Positions 1 through 13,989 of a DNA stretch of 64,000 nucleotides are shown in pieces. Numbering within the stretch: position 1 is the first letter of the stretch; every line of letters starts with the position of its first letter. The stretch comes from Octopus sinensis (lineage: Eukaryota), in the NCBI RefSeq assembly GCF_006345805.1, contig NC_043012.1, positions 27,652,001 to 27,716,000 of the forward strand, in the 5' to 3' direction. The position numbers were made by a program, and so were the translations under genes. The notes below the pieces were generated by a model. The model was not told the origin of the DNA, did not search any database, and was given only the letters and a program-made list of their open reading frames with translations.

Positions 1-179
1 TAACCTTCCAATGAAGAAATAAGTTTGTTGTTTTTTAATGTTTGGTTTTCCATGTTAACATAGGCTGAACTTGTGTCCAAATATGGCATACCACCAAGTT
101 ACTTGATCTTGTCGTTTTTGTATGTGAGAAACTAATCCCCCGGCAGAAGAATATCCTTTGCTATTTGCGAGTGTTTATC

Positions 180-551
180 TTTTATCTTTTACTTGTTTCA
201 GTCATAGGACTGCTGCCTTGCTGAAACACCACCTTCAAGGGTTTCGTTGAACAAGCCGAGCCTGAATAGTGTTTCTCCAAGTCAGGTACTTATTCTCTTG
301 GTCCATAACTGCTAAGTTATGGGGATTTAAACAGACCAACACGGGTTGTCTAGGTGGGGGGCAAACACACACACACACACACACACAATCACAGCACAAC
401 AACTGGCTTTTACAGTTTCCACCTACGAAATTCACTCACAGGGCATGGGTCAGCCTAGGGCTATAATTGAGTATGGTTACCTAGGTTGCCATGCAGTGGC
501 ACTGAACCTGAGACCATGCAAAGCAAGCTTCTTAACCATATAACCATGCCT
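180..551 (-). mobile_element. tRNA-derived SINE, diverged copy
   Basis: Reverse complement of the SINE at 12372-12780 (head, central CA tract, tail ...gactgaaacaagtaaaag). Confidence 0.75.
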
Positions 552-559
552 CTCTCTCT

Positions 560-1165
560 CTCTTGACAGCATTCACCCGGGGTGGGTTGAGCTGGCTTCT
601 TTAATCCTCAATGCTACATCTCTCACAAACGCCGACCAGGCCCGCGTGATCTCCAACCACCCCGTATTCCAGCAGTTAATGCCATAGACATGGGGGCCTA
701 GGTTGGGTTCCAGATCAGCCTTGACTGTCATCAGCCAGGTTTTTCGTTGTCCACCACATCACTTTCACTAACCCTGAAGGGGAGCTGGGGCAATTACTTC
801 GTAGATGAATTCTCCTAGTTGACGACGGAGGGCATGACCCAGCCAATGCAGACGTCTCATGTGGATGACTTGTCGGAGGGAGGTGATTCTGCACTGGTGT
901 TGCACCGAATTGTTGGAGACAAAGCGATGCCATCGGACATGAAGGATGCGGCGTAGACAGAGGTGATCGAAGGATTCTAGTCGCTTAATATCTTCCACCC
1001 TCATTGGCCATGACTCGCTGCTGTAAAGGAGAATCGTTCGCACTAGTGCTTGGTAGGTCCGTACTTTGGTGGTGCGTCGGATCTCAGATCTTGACCAGAG
1101 TCTTGCACTGAGTCGGTTGAAGGCTTGGCGAGCGAGGTTGATTTGTGTTTTAATGTCTGCCTCAC
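560..1165 (-). mobile_element. RTE-clade LINE 3' fragment
   Basis: ORF 768-1043 LLYSSESW...RLESFDHLCLRRIL...RRLHWLGHALRR is the typical RTE post-RT region. Confidence 0.75.
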
Positions 1166-1368
1166 CTTGACATTAAAAATATATAACCATACCTGCACCT
1201 ATATGACTACTTGTGTCTATGTGAGATTATTGTAAATATTTTTTGTAATTTACTCTAATGCTGTAATAGTTTATAATCTGTACTGACCTGACATGTAGAG
1301 TTGTGATTAAATTTCATCCCAGTTTTTTTTTTGGAAGGTTAAAAGCTTTTTCATTTTTTCTGTTATTC

Positions 1369-3421
1369 TTAATCCTTTTTTTACTATATCTCTAACTAAA
1401 ATGCACCCCTTTTAAGTTTCAATTATATTCTAAAATAATCATGAATTTAAACTGGTTTCATAGACATATTAATGCAATTTTTGGAACATAATTGAAGAAA
1501 AGCTTCTTAATCAATTCTGTTGCATAACTGAAAGTGATTCTAATTACAGGTAAATACAGGTAAATTCAACAAAATATAAACATATTTAAATTTTGTTTAA
1601 ACATCACCATAGAAAATGAGTCATCAGTTAATATTCAGTTGGGTATGCAACAAAATTTTAATATAGAAGAATTGTGCACATCACAGTTGAATTTAATGCA
1701 CATAAGAACACGAGTACCATAAAGGTAAAATAAAATGAAATACTGGAATTTGTTTTTGAAGAAAACTAGAAAATGAAATACTGTAAAAACCCATCTAATT
1801 TACGCACTTTTTTTGCACAAAAATAAAGGATTCATTGATACTAATGTATATTTCTGTTTTTTGCTATGGCAAATTTAATTTTTCTATATTCCCCCGTACA
1901 TATTTGCCTTGTTTGTTAGTTCTTCATGTAGATACAATTACCATTTTCTTTACAAACTACATACAAGCCCATTTTTTGCTCTTCTTGGGTGCAAATGTTA
2001 GATCTTCGGATGTTTTTCCATGCTGTTTAACACATTGGAATGATTTCGGATTAGTTTCCAATATGTTTCATCTTGCCATCAGTTTATTGTGTAGCACCTA
2101 GAATTCAACCAATGTTTAGCATATGCGTTAAATTTGACTGGTGACTGCTATTGCTGCTGCTATCTGCGGTTGTTTTCAGCATAAGCGGTGGCAAGAAAGA
2201 GGGCTTGCTAAGAAATAGAAGAGGGGGAGAAATTTCCCTCAAGGGAACCACTGAGAGAGTTTATTTTAATTTTATATATACTTATTTTATTAGGTGAGTG
2301 GATATAATTAATTTTTTTTTTCTATTTTGGTTGTCCTAGTATCTGCAAGTAGATGCAGATAAATTTATTTCACTCTGATTTGGAACTTGTCAGTGTATTG
2401 CAACTTGGGATAAAACTGCATAGTCATTTAAAACATTTAGGAACTATATAAACAATCAACTTTCTTTTCTTTTCTTTTTCATTTTGTGGGTTCTCCTGGC
2501 ATATATTGTTGGAAACATACTCTACCTTTATACCCCACCATGCCCTCATTGACAGATAGGTACCAGGGTTGTAAAATGTTTTGTATGCATTTTGAACGCA
2601 GTTGATGAGGGGTCTTACTTTAAATAAGGGGTCGAAGTTTGGTTCTCCACATACTGGGGTACTGCTAGTGTCTCTCACATGTTAATATTGTTTTAATTTT
2701 ACAAATCATGTCCTTGTCTTAATATTGGAAATCTATTGGTCTCCAAAAGGTTCATCATTACTCCAGTAATTTGTAATTCTGGGTAACTTCCTTATACTCA
2801 TGATAATATTTATGGCAAAAATATTTACTGGAAAAATTTTTTTAAAAAATAGTCTAATGGCTTTGATTCATGAAAATGACTGTGAATAGATTCTCTTCTG
2901 AGAAATTATTTACAAAAGTTGTTTTTAAATTCTTACTCCATTCTGGTATAGATTTGCTCTCACAGTTGCTATCGGTGTTCTCTTCAGAATAGCTGATTTC
3001 AATTTCAGTTTGGGATATCAAAATATCTGATTCATTTTTGTACAGCTCGTGGTTTCCTTGTTCACTTATACATTTGTTCGATTTCTCCATATCTTCCATT
3101 GAAAAACTCTTAAATTTAGATTCACTGCTTGATAGCATGAAGTTGTTATCTATTTTGAAAGTTGAAAATAATCACCAAAGAAAACGTGGAAGAAAAATTC
3201 TAAAATTTGCAGAGCTCAGATATTATTTCAAATAATGTTGGATATTGTTACTTGACTATTTACAAAGTGAAACTGTATTTTCACAAATGAACTGAAGAGA
3301 TGTATGCTGAAATTCACATTTAAATATGAATGGGTTCACCTGGCCATCTATTGCCAGGTTGATCTTCTGAACCAAAAATCTGTTCAGCTGTCTACAACCA
3401 GGTTGGTATCGAAAAGGTTAA
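1369..3421 (-). mobile_element. Degenerate piggyBac DNA transposon (about 2.05 kb) with transposase remnants
   Basis: TTAA at both ends, decayed TIRs (tccttttttacta / tggtatcgaaaagg); ORFs 2854-3138 (acidic N-terminus) and 2424-2678 (FDPLFKVRPLINCVQNAY..YNPGTYLS) are PGBD4-like. Confidence 0.8.
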
Positions 3422-5244
3422 ATTGTAAATAAATTCTTATCTTTTTGTCATAATTTCCCTGATGTTATGCAGTATTTTAGTTGACTATATCTTATATTCA
3501 CTTTAAGAGCTTTGTAAAACATCATTAGTTGGTTAAATAGCATGGTGTAGTCCACAGATACATGGTTCCATTTGTGCTATATTTCCAACAAGTGGAAGAC
3601 CACTCTATGCACTTCAACCTGCAGTGGTTTACCATATGGAGTGCAGTGTAGCAGTAAGGGTATTTTTTTTTATTATCCAATCTGTCTTTGTATGTCTGTT
3701 GGTTTTGGTTTGGCAGGTTCTCAGTACTGGTAGTCAAGGTGGACTTAATTAGAGTGAAACAGCAGTTTCTAGCGAAATGTTTTGGGCGGAATTAAGTTTT
3801 TTGATATTGCTACTAGTTTTCTGTGTGTGTATTTTTTTTTTGGTTGCTCAGGATTGAGTGGAGAGATATTGTTGTTAAGAAGGTACTGTAGTAGCTTGTT
3901 GTTGGTACAAGTAGTAGCAAGACTATGGAGGTTGGGGCTTGCAAAAAAATGCCTCTTCAGTGTCTAGGTGGAGTTTCATTTTGGGCTTGGTTGGGTACCT
4001 CTGTGGTTTTTCAGTGAGTAGAGTTAGTGCTAAATTTCATTTTACTGCCATAAAATTTAACAGTGTAACTGATAATGTGTTCTTGGATTACATTATGCTA
4101 GAGAAAAAAGCGGTTTGTGTATATATTCAAAATAAAATTGATTAGGATAAAGTGGGCCTTTTGTATGGCATAGCAGCCTTTACCGTACCAAGTTAATTAC
4201 ATTCAGTCCTTTCTGGTTATGTTGATGAAATTTGGTTGTAGTCAATCTAGTACAAAATAGTAAATCAAGCTGTAAGGTTATCTTTGAAATTTAACTTAAT
4301 GTTATAAAATTTGTTCAATCTTACTGCATCTATATCTATATATATGCAGATATACTCACATCAGTGTGTATTTTAACTTTATTCTAGATGAAGGTGTACA
4401 AGGAATCAAAATCTTAAAAGCTACCTGTATTAGGTTCATCAAAATTTTTTTACAAGTTTTATTTTCCATATGACCTTGGTGATATTTACAAAATGTCATC
4501 AAATGCTTCATTTGTTCACGTAATGTTTTTCTATTTCATATTGACTTTTATTGACATCAGATATACTCACTTTGTTGTCTAAAGTAAATATTATCATTCA
4601 TTATTTTCAGTATCCTAGGAGAAAAACCTTTGTCTTTGCAACTTTTAGCATGTGTTGCTTTTGAAGAGATGTTTAGAGAGTGGGGAAATCACTGAATTTA
4701 GCTGTTTTATAACATATATTGTATCCCAAAATTGTTAACATTTGTAAGATAGTGTTTGATTTGTTAATATAAGAAATTTTACATCACAACTAAATATATA
4801 AGCCAATAATATAAGTGACATCTTAATTTTCTTGAAATAATTTGCGTCTTCTCAAGTTAAAAGTTGAACTCCTTGGATATTTTGCATATTTTAACAATTT
4901 CATTATAAAAATTGAACTTATAGTTTACAAATTTAAATTTGTTGCCTCCATTTTTGGGAGGCTAAATTTCTGCAGTAATCATGTGTAGAAATGTGAATCT
5001 ATGGCCCAGTTGTCGAATTTTAAAATTAAATATTAGTTTTCCTGAGGACAATCTGTTTTTAATTTATGTTATGTCCACAAAACTACATTTTATATTCTCA
5101 GTCACAGTCTCTGCAATTACATATACAATCATTCTAAATACTGAGAGACATCTGCAACATTCCATAACTCTATTACAAAAATGATATCTTTCCCACTCAG
5201 CCTTGATAAACAACACAAAAAAACCCATAAAACTAATAGTTTCT

Positions 5245-5790
5245 CATCATCATCTGTCTGTTTTCCATGCTGGCATGTGTTGGATGGTTTGACTGAAAAT
5301 TGGCAAGCTGGGGAACTACACTAGGGTTCACTCTGGTTTGGCATGGTTTATACAGCTGGATGCTAATGCCAACCACTCAAAGAGTATAGCTGGTGCTTTT
5401 TACTTACCTCTGACATGACACTGGCATTGGCCATGCCACTGGCATGGGTGCCAACTAATTGGCACTGGCATTGGCTACGGCTGTGATTTCACCTGGTTTG
5501 ACAGGTCTTCTCAAGCACAGCATATTGCCCAATGTTTGAGGGGTGATTTTGCATGCCAGTTACATGACCCTGGCATTGGCCATGACTGCAGTTTCATTTG
5601 CCTTGACAGGTCTTCTCAAGCACAGCATATTGCCAAGGGTCTCGGTCACTTGTCATTGCCTCCATGAAGTCCAACATTCAAAGATCATGCTTCACCAACT
5701 TGTTCCATGTCTTCCTGGGTCTACCTTTTCCATAGGTTTCCTACACCGTTAGAGTGTGGCACTTCTTCGCACAGCTGTCCTCTCTCGCAT
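5245..5790 (-). mobile_element. RTE LINE 3' end (ORF end, 3' UTR and (GAT)n tail), diverged
   Basis: catcatcat tail; similar to 47610-48520. Confidence 0.7.
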
Positions 5791-6225
5791 CAGTAACAGT
5801 AGTTCTGTTTTGTCTTTGATGGTGTGTACTTTGGTACAATGTTTAGCGTTCATTAGCCTTAAACACTATTCAGTTACACATCACTAACAATGAGTACAGA
5901 GGAGGAATAATGACTGTGTTCCCATTGAATATGATGCATGTCTCCACTGTGGTCATCGTCAGATCCTACTGAAGAATGAGAAAAAAAAAAAAAGGTTATC
6001 TAGAAAGTTGGTTACATTATATCTCATATTGCAGTTTGCAGTATGGTTCACTAGGTAAGAAGCCTGTGGATTCCTAAATCACAGTTAGTCACAGTTTACA
6101 TGGCTCTTTAGTGCTCAGTTGGGGCTATCTATTGTCTATTTCATCAACTTCTGTACCATAATTACAATTAATTAACTATTAAATTTGAAAGAAATTTATT
6201 GGTGTCTCTGTACATTGTTTTAAAG

Positions 6226-6444
6226 GTCAGAACCAGCAACCAAATTATCCAGGACTTAGTCGAGGCTTAGTGGCTGTTCTTCTCTATTATGATGGACGTA
6301 GAGCCCTGTGCAGTTCTTTGCGTGTCCTGCTTCAAGCACGTGAAGGACGGATGTGGACCATGGGGAATGATCAAGAAATCACAGACCTTGTTATGAAATA
6401 TACAGACAACCTCATAGAAAATGGACTTGTCAACAAAATATTAG
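6226..6444 (+). CDS. NUP205: NUP205 internal exon (GQNQQPNYPGLSRGLVAVLLYYDGRRALCSSLRVLLQAREGRMWTM...NGLVNKIL), phase 1-1
   Basis: Translation aligns with human NUP205 GEHQQPHFPGLTRGLVAVLLYWDGKRCIANSLKALIQSRRGKTWT (recalled); acceptor ttttaaag|GT, donor TTAG|gtaggt. Confidence 0.93.
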
Positions 6445-6779
6445 GTAGGTTTAATTTTATTTGTTGAAAATTTCTTTTTCCAAACTGTGGTGATTGTTGA
6501 TTAGTTTTTTACCTTTCTTCAGAGATGTTCAAAAACTTTTGAAATAAACTTTCTGTGAGTATACTTTGGGGAAACAGATTTGTATTCATTGGCAGACACC
6601 ATTATTTATGTGTAAAACACTGAGAGAGAGGCCTTTTGTTACCAACATCGGTAATAATTCTCTGAATTTTCTTCAACCAGTTCTTATTCTAGCAACTATA
6701 TTTTCAGAACATCCCCCTCCACTATAATTAGGTCACCTAGATAACAGAAACTACTACTTCTAGGGAACCTCCAGGGCAT

Positions 6780-7660
6780 TCCAAAACATGTTTCCCATGT
6801 ACTCTTACTATTTATTGCTCCTGCTTCTCTGCCATAAAAAAAATTCTACTTTCTCTGTTAACCTTCCTGTGATTCCACTGTTATGTGTCCATAGTTTGCA
6901 CTGAGTAGACTGCATGGAATTTCTACCTACACTGTCTACATATAGTACTGGGCCCTTCACTTGAAGGGATTGATGCCCTGTCTGTTTTTCTGATAAGTAG
7001 AACTTTGGTTTTGCTAAATTAACTTTGATTCCCGGTTTTGCTTCCACACCTAGAATTTCATTTCTAATTGTACTCTGGTTGCAGCGATAATTACAAGATG
7101 ATCAGCATAGAGTTCCCATGGGCAACCAGTCTTAAATTGCTCTGTTATGGCTGGGAAGACTATGATAAATTGGAGGGGACTGATAACCGAACCCTGACGA
7201 ATTCCTACCTGAGTTATGACTTTCATAACCTGATCTGGTAATTTGATACCTCTGTAATTCTCTCTAAGGTAAATCCTTTGATGCTACTGCAATACTTGTT
7301 GGTCTGATACCTTCTGTACAACCTGGTTAACTATATGGGTAACTAGGGTGTATCCTATCCCTCCACATCTATAACACTGCTGTCAACAACAATGGCTGGA
7401 TCCCCGGTTAGGTTCACATTTAGGAAGACACGCTTTTTATCATTCATTCTACACATTTAGTAGCTTTCATAAATGCATCTTGTCTGATACACTGCCTTGC
7501 AATCCAGAACACTATGCTTTGTTCCTCACACTGTAGAGCATGGGCAATCCTCTTCTTTTCTGCTTTCCTAAATAGACCTGTCTCCTAGCCTCTCTTCTGG
7601 GTATCTGGTAAAGTTCTCTGCTATCCAAATTCTTCCAAACTTTCTAAGCCTGTGTCTTCA
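6780..7660 (-). mobile_element. Degraded RTE LINE fragments
   Basis: GIKVNLAK...VGRNSMQSTQCKLWTH matches RTE ORF 48295-49869; further RT and linker pieces follow. Confidence 0.65.
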
Positions 7661-7958
7661 CTTTCTTGCACAGACTTATCTCATTAACATCATCAGTATT
7701 TTATTGTCCACTTTCCCATGGCATTGGATGGACAGAATTTCTTGAAATGGCTTTTCCACAGCCAGATGCACTTCTTGTTGCTAACCCTCACCTATTTCCA
7801 AGTTAGGTAAAATTTTCCTCATGACTAGACATGTTGTCAAAGAATATTGGAATTGGAGGACATGGCATGTGCTACGGTGACAAGTTTATAATCCAAGAAG
7901 ACAGTAAAACACTCTGGCGCAATGTGTTTCTTTCAGCTTCCATCTACCAAATCTATTC

Positions 7959-8085
7959 ACAAGGCTTTAATTGTCCTGGAATTATAGTAGAAGATACTTG
8001 CCCAAGGTGCCATGCAGTGGAATTGAACCCAGAACCATATATTGTTGAAAGCAAACTTCTTGCTACAAAGCCCCACCTGCACCTG
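7959..8085 (-). mobile_element. SINE 5' (tRNA-like head) fragment
   Basis: Reverse complement of SINE head (ggttcaattccactgcatggcaccttgggcaagt). Confidence 0.6.
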
Positions 8086-8969
8086 TGTGTGTGTGTTATG
8101 AAGGTTGGTAGGGTAAAATTCCAGTTGTTTCTTCTTGAAACATCTGCTTATTCCATTATTACAATCTAGTGTGTAGTTGTTGTTGTATAGATGCAAAATA
8201 CATATTTTTTAATATCCTGGTGTTGGATAAATAATTTAACAAAGCAGAGGGAATGAAATATTCACATGATGCACCATGATTACTGTTACACGAGGTTAAA
8301 CACTCTCACTCACGGCTCACAGTGAACTGCTTACCCAGAATTGCTGACAGTTTTTTTATTTTATAGCAATGTGTCATTCCACTTTTAGTCACTTGGTGGG
8401 TTGTTGGAATCCTTCCACAGCATCTCTCCTTTTGAGAGTTAGCCTCCCCTAGCTTCTCCCTTTTTTGAGAATTAAACTCAGTCCAGGGTTTTATATCTCT
8501 TATGATTAGTGTTTAATTCCAGTGTTTCTGTTCTTTTCTGTTTTCTGGTGCCGGAATGTGTAGTTTCAAATTGTTTGGATGTTGGTACCTCAAATGTATT
8601 GTATAATACTTCCATGGGGATTTCATTTTATGTGACTTTTTTCTATGAATCTTTTTTAAAGTTGGTTATTATGTCTTTTATATTTGACATTTTTTCCTTC
8701 TATCAGGAATAACATTCTTCCAATTTGTCCTCCCAGCTTTCTTTATCATATCTACAGGCTTAAAAAAAAACTTTATCATAGTACATTTGTATGCTTTTTT
8801 TAATTTTCACTTGGTATCAGCTTATCAAAGATCTTTCTAGCAAACATCAATTCCTCTGGTGACATTTCATCAGGGTATTCAGATAAGATATTACCCAGTA
8901 CACACTTGTTGAAGTGCAAGGTCGTCTATTACTTCATTGTTTATCTTTTTTAAGGCCTTCTTGACGCGA

Positions 8970-9700
8970 CCTTTCATGTACATGTTGCTAAACTGGCAAT
9001 GAAATGTAGACGGCTGGCTGGATGGATTCTTAGAACCTTTAGAACAAGAGAGCAAAAAACCATGATGGTCCTCTGGAAGACACTTGTCCTAAGCCACTTT
9101 GACTATTGCTCTCAGCTATGGTCACCATCCAGTGTCAAGTTGATCACAGAACTTGAGGCGATCCAACAACGCTACACGAAGAAGATAGCCTCAGTGCAAC
9201 ATATGAGCTACTGGGAAAGACTCAAGAGATTAAAGCTCTATTCCCTGGAGCGTAGGCGAGAAAGATATGCCATAATATATATCTGGAAGATCCTAGAAGG
9301 ACTTGTCCCAGACTTTGGCATCGAGAGTCACACAAATGCCAGAACCGGACGCCACTGCGTAGTACCAAGGACTCCAAATTTGCCATCAAGATGTAGGACA
9401 AAATATTGTGATAGCCTGGGCTTCAGAGGCCCACAGCTCTTCAATATCCTCCCAAAGAACCTGAGGAACCTGCATGGTGTGGATGCGGATGTATTTAAAG
9501 TAGGACTGGATCTCTTCCTGTCAGGTGTCCCGGATGAACCAACTTCACGGCAGGAGGTGCAGATGAGGGCAGCTGCATCAAACTCTCTCATGCATCAGAT
9601 GGCGTTTGCTAAAAAGCATCCGTGACGTAAAATCGTGTAGCAAACCAAATGGCGGTGCCCCGGCATGGCCACAGCTCATTAGCTGAAACTGGAAAAATCA
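8970..9700 (+). mobile_element. CR1/L2-superclade LINE, 5'-truncated 3' end
   Basis: ORF 8999-9625 GWILRTF...LVLSHFDYCSQLWSP...LEAIQQRYTK...YWERLKRLKLYSLERRRERYAIIYIWKI is a CR1-type C-terminus; short 3' UTR ending (aaaatc)n. Confidence 0.85.
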
Positions 9701-9707
9701 AAATCAA

Positions 9708-10375
9708 AATCATATATATGTATATATATATGTGTGTATATATATATGTGTATATATTATGTGTATATATATGTGTATATATATATGTGTCTATATATAT
9801 ATATGTATATATGTGTGTGTATATATATATGTATATATATTGTATATATACATATGTATATATATATATGTATATATACATATGTATATATATATATGTA
9901 TATATATATGTATATATATATATGTATATATATATGTATATATATATGTATATATATGTATATATATATGTATATATATATGTATATATATATGTATATA
10001 TATATACATATGTATATATATATGTATATATTATGTATATATATATGTATATATATATGTATATATATATATATATATGTATATATATTGTAATATATAT
10101 GTATATATATATGTATATATATATGTATTATATATTATATATATATGTATATATATATGTATATGTATATGTATATGTATATATATGTATATGTATATGT
10201 GTATATATGTATATATATGTATATATATTGTATATATATGTATATGTATATATATGTATATATATATGTATATATACGTATATATATATATGTATATATA
10301 TATATAATATGTATATATATGTATATGTTATATATATGTATATAATATGTATATATACGTATATGTAAATATACG

Positions 10376-10407
<32 letters not shown>

Positions 10408-11361
10408 TAGTATATATATATGGTGTATATATATGTATATATATTATGTGTATATATGTATATATATATATGTGTATATATGTATATATATTATGTGTAT
10501 ATATATATGTGTATATATGTATATATATATATTATATGTGTATATATATATGTATATATATATGTGTATATATATATGTTATATATATATTGTATATATA
10601 TGTATATAATATGTATATATATAGTATATATGTATATATATAGTGTATATATGTATATATATATATGTATATATAATGTATATATGTATGTATATATATA
10701 TGTGTATATGTATATATATTATGTGTATATATGTATATATATATGTATATTGTATATATGTATACATATGTAATATATTGTATATATTGTATATATATAT
10801 ATATGTAAACATATGTATATATATGTATACATATGTATATATATATATGTATATATGTGTATATGTATATATATGTATATATGTGTATATGTATATATAT
10901 GTATACATATGTATATATATGTATATATGTGTATATATATATGTATACATATGTATATATATGTATATATATATGTATATATGTGTATATATATGTATGT
11001 ATATATGCATATATATATATATTATATATATATACATGTATATATATATATGTATATATATATGTATATATATATGTATATATGTGTATATATATGTATG
11101 TATATATGCATATATATATGTATATATATATATGTATATATATTATATGTATATATATATATGTATATTGTATATATGTGTATATATATAGTATGTATAT
11201 ATGCATATATATGTATATATATATATTGTATATATGTGTATATATATGTATGTATATATGCATATATATGTATATATGTGTATATAATATATGTATGTAT
11301 ATATGCATATATATATAATATATATATATATACATGTATATATGTATATATTATATAATAT

Positions 11362-11404
<43 letters not shown>

Positions 11405-11527
11405 GTATATATGTATATATGTAATATATATATGTATATATAATATATATATATATGTATATTATATATATGTATATATATACATATGTATATATGTGTA
11501 TATATGTATGTATATATATATATATAT

Positions 11528-11560
<33 letters not shown>

Positions 11561-11872
11561 GTATATATGTATGTATATATGTATGTATATATGTATATAT
11601 GTATGTATATATGTATATATTATGTATATATGTATATATATATGTGTATATATATGTGTATATATATATGTATATGTATATATGTGTATATATATGTATA
11701 TATGTATATATGTGTATATATATGTATGTATATATGCATATATATATATATGTATATATATGTATACATATGTATATATGTATATATATGTATGTATATA
11801 TGTATATATATGTATGTATGTATATATGTATATATATGTATGTATATATGTATATATATGTATGTATATATG

Positions 11873-11903
<31 letters not shown>

Positions 11904-11942
11904 GTATATATGTATGTATATATGTATATATATATGTATATG

Positions 11943-11995
<53 letters not shown>

Positions 11996-12371
11996 GTATA
12001 TATGTGTGTATATGTATATATGTGTATATGTGTGTGTATATGTATATATGTGTATATGTGTGTGTATATGTATATATGTGTATATGTGTGTGTATATGTA
12101 TATATGTGTATATGTGTGTGTATATGTATATATGTATATGTATGTGTGTGTATATGTATATATGTATATATGTGTGTATATATGTATATGTGTGTATATA
12201 TGTGCATATATGTGTGTATATATGTATATGTGTGTATGTGTGTATATATGTGCATATATGTGTGTATATATGTATATGTGTGTATGTGTGTATATATGTG
12301 CATATATGTATATGTGTGTATGTGTGTATATATGTGCATATATGTATATATATGTGTATATATGTATATAT
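9708..12371. repeat. About 2.66-kb degenerate (TA)n/(TATG)n/(TG)n microsatellite
   Basis: Directly visible; source of the Y/I/M/C-rich pseudo-ORFs. Confidence 0.97.
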
Positions 12372-12780
12372 GGCGCAGGAGTGGCTGTGTGGTAAGTAGC
12401 TTGCTAACCAACCACATGGTTCCGGGTTCAGTCCCACTGTGTGGCATCTTGGGCAAGTGTTTTCTGCTATAGCCTCGGGCCGACCAATGCCTTGTGAGTG
12501 GATTTGGTAGACGGAAACTGAAAGAAGCCTGTCGTATATATGTATATATATATATATATGTATGTGTGTTTGTTTGTGTGTCTGTGTTTGTCCCCCCAGC
12601 ATTGCTTGACAACCGATGCTGGTGTGTTTATGTCCCCGTTACTTAGCGGTTCGGCAAAAGAGACCGATAGAATAAGTACTGGGCTTACAAAAAAGAATAA
12701 GTCCCGGGGTCGAGTTGCTTGATTAAAGGCGGTGCTCCGGCATGGCCGCAGTCAAATGACTGAAACAAGTAAAAGAGAGT
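12372..12780 (+). mobile_element. tRNA-derived SINE, full length
   Basis: A-box-like tggctgtgtggtaag, B-box-like ggttcagtccc, central TA/TG tract, tail ggcggtgctccggcatggccgcagtcaaatgactgaaac; near-identical copy at 29629. Confidence 0.9.
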
Positions 12781-12794
12781 ATAAAAGAAAGAGA

Positions 12795-12899
12795 GATTAT
12801 ATATATATATGTATATATATGTATATATTGTATATATATATGTATATTTGTATATATATATATGTATATTTATGTATATATATGTATATATATATATAT

Positions 12900-12948
<49 letters not shown>

Positions 12949-13041
12949 TATGTATATTTATGTATATATATATTGTGTATATATATATATTATATGTGTA
13001 TATATATGTGTGTATATGTATATTATATATATATGTTTATA

Positions 13042-13093
<52 letters not shown>

Positions 13094-13097
13094 TACA
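12795..13097. repeat. (TA)n-rich microsatellite
   Basis: Directly visible. Confidence 0.95.
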
Positions 13098-13989
13098 TTG
13101 GCAAAAATATTCAAAATAATAACTTATACCAGTGGTTAGCATGCGTAATAAAAGTCAGAAGACATAGATATTTTCATAATATAAGTGTGTATTATAATTT
13201 ATACACAAAAGGAACTCCACCGTATGGACGTCTTAAATGCTAAAGAGAGCAGTAAAATCTGAATCTACGAGAAAATATTCTTATTTATGTGTAGTATAGC
13301 CAACTGGAAATGACATTTCCTGGCGCTAAACAACTGTAATATTCAACCCATCCATGATTGCCACGTTATGTTGGCAAATAGTCTTTACTTTAAAGTACTG
13401 TTACTGGTTATCTCTCCTTGAGAGATTTCTATTCATGAGATCAGTGACTGTGTGTCTCTTAGAAAATTATATACTTTTGAACGGAAATTCAGCAGCGCCA
13501 TCTAGCTGAGCAGTTACTCTGTGCTAAAAGGCCTTCGTTAAATGAACAGAAGATAGAACGAGCTACTTATTTTAAAGTTACTTGACGAGATGCAATCTGC
13601 ACTTGTGATGCAAGACAATTTGATGATTCAGCATCTCGACTGTAATTTACAGATGTATGATGAGTTGAAACATTTGTAGTGGAATGAAAAATCAGTATCA
13701 GCTAGTAATTACTGAAAGTTACATATATTACACACATTATTGCATTCATATAACCTAACAATAGCTGTGTATAAGCACATGTTCAAGTGCATGTATACAG
13801 AATTTTTTCTCATTTGTATCTCTTTATATATGTGTTATTTGCTCAATGGAATGCTCAAAAGACTATAGTGGTGTGGGTATATAATACAAACTAAAGATGA
13901 TATTTGAGGGAGTCCATTTTCTGTATGATCCTAATGTTTATTGTACTTGCACATCTACCACACAAAGCCTGCAATCTCTGTTAGTTTCC

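Noticed and set aside
1-6225. Upstream NUP205 exons (start codon region)
   Set aside because: No segment resembling the N-terminal about 115 residues was found; presumably upstream of the window
9609-13243. Long Y/I/M/C/V/H/T-rich ORFs (up to 526 aa)
   Set aside because: Translations of (TA)n/(TG)n microsatellite and SINE, which lack stop codons in several frames; not genes
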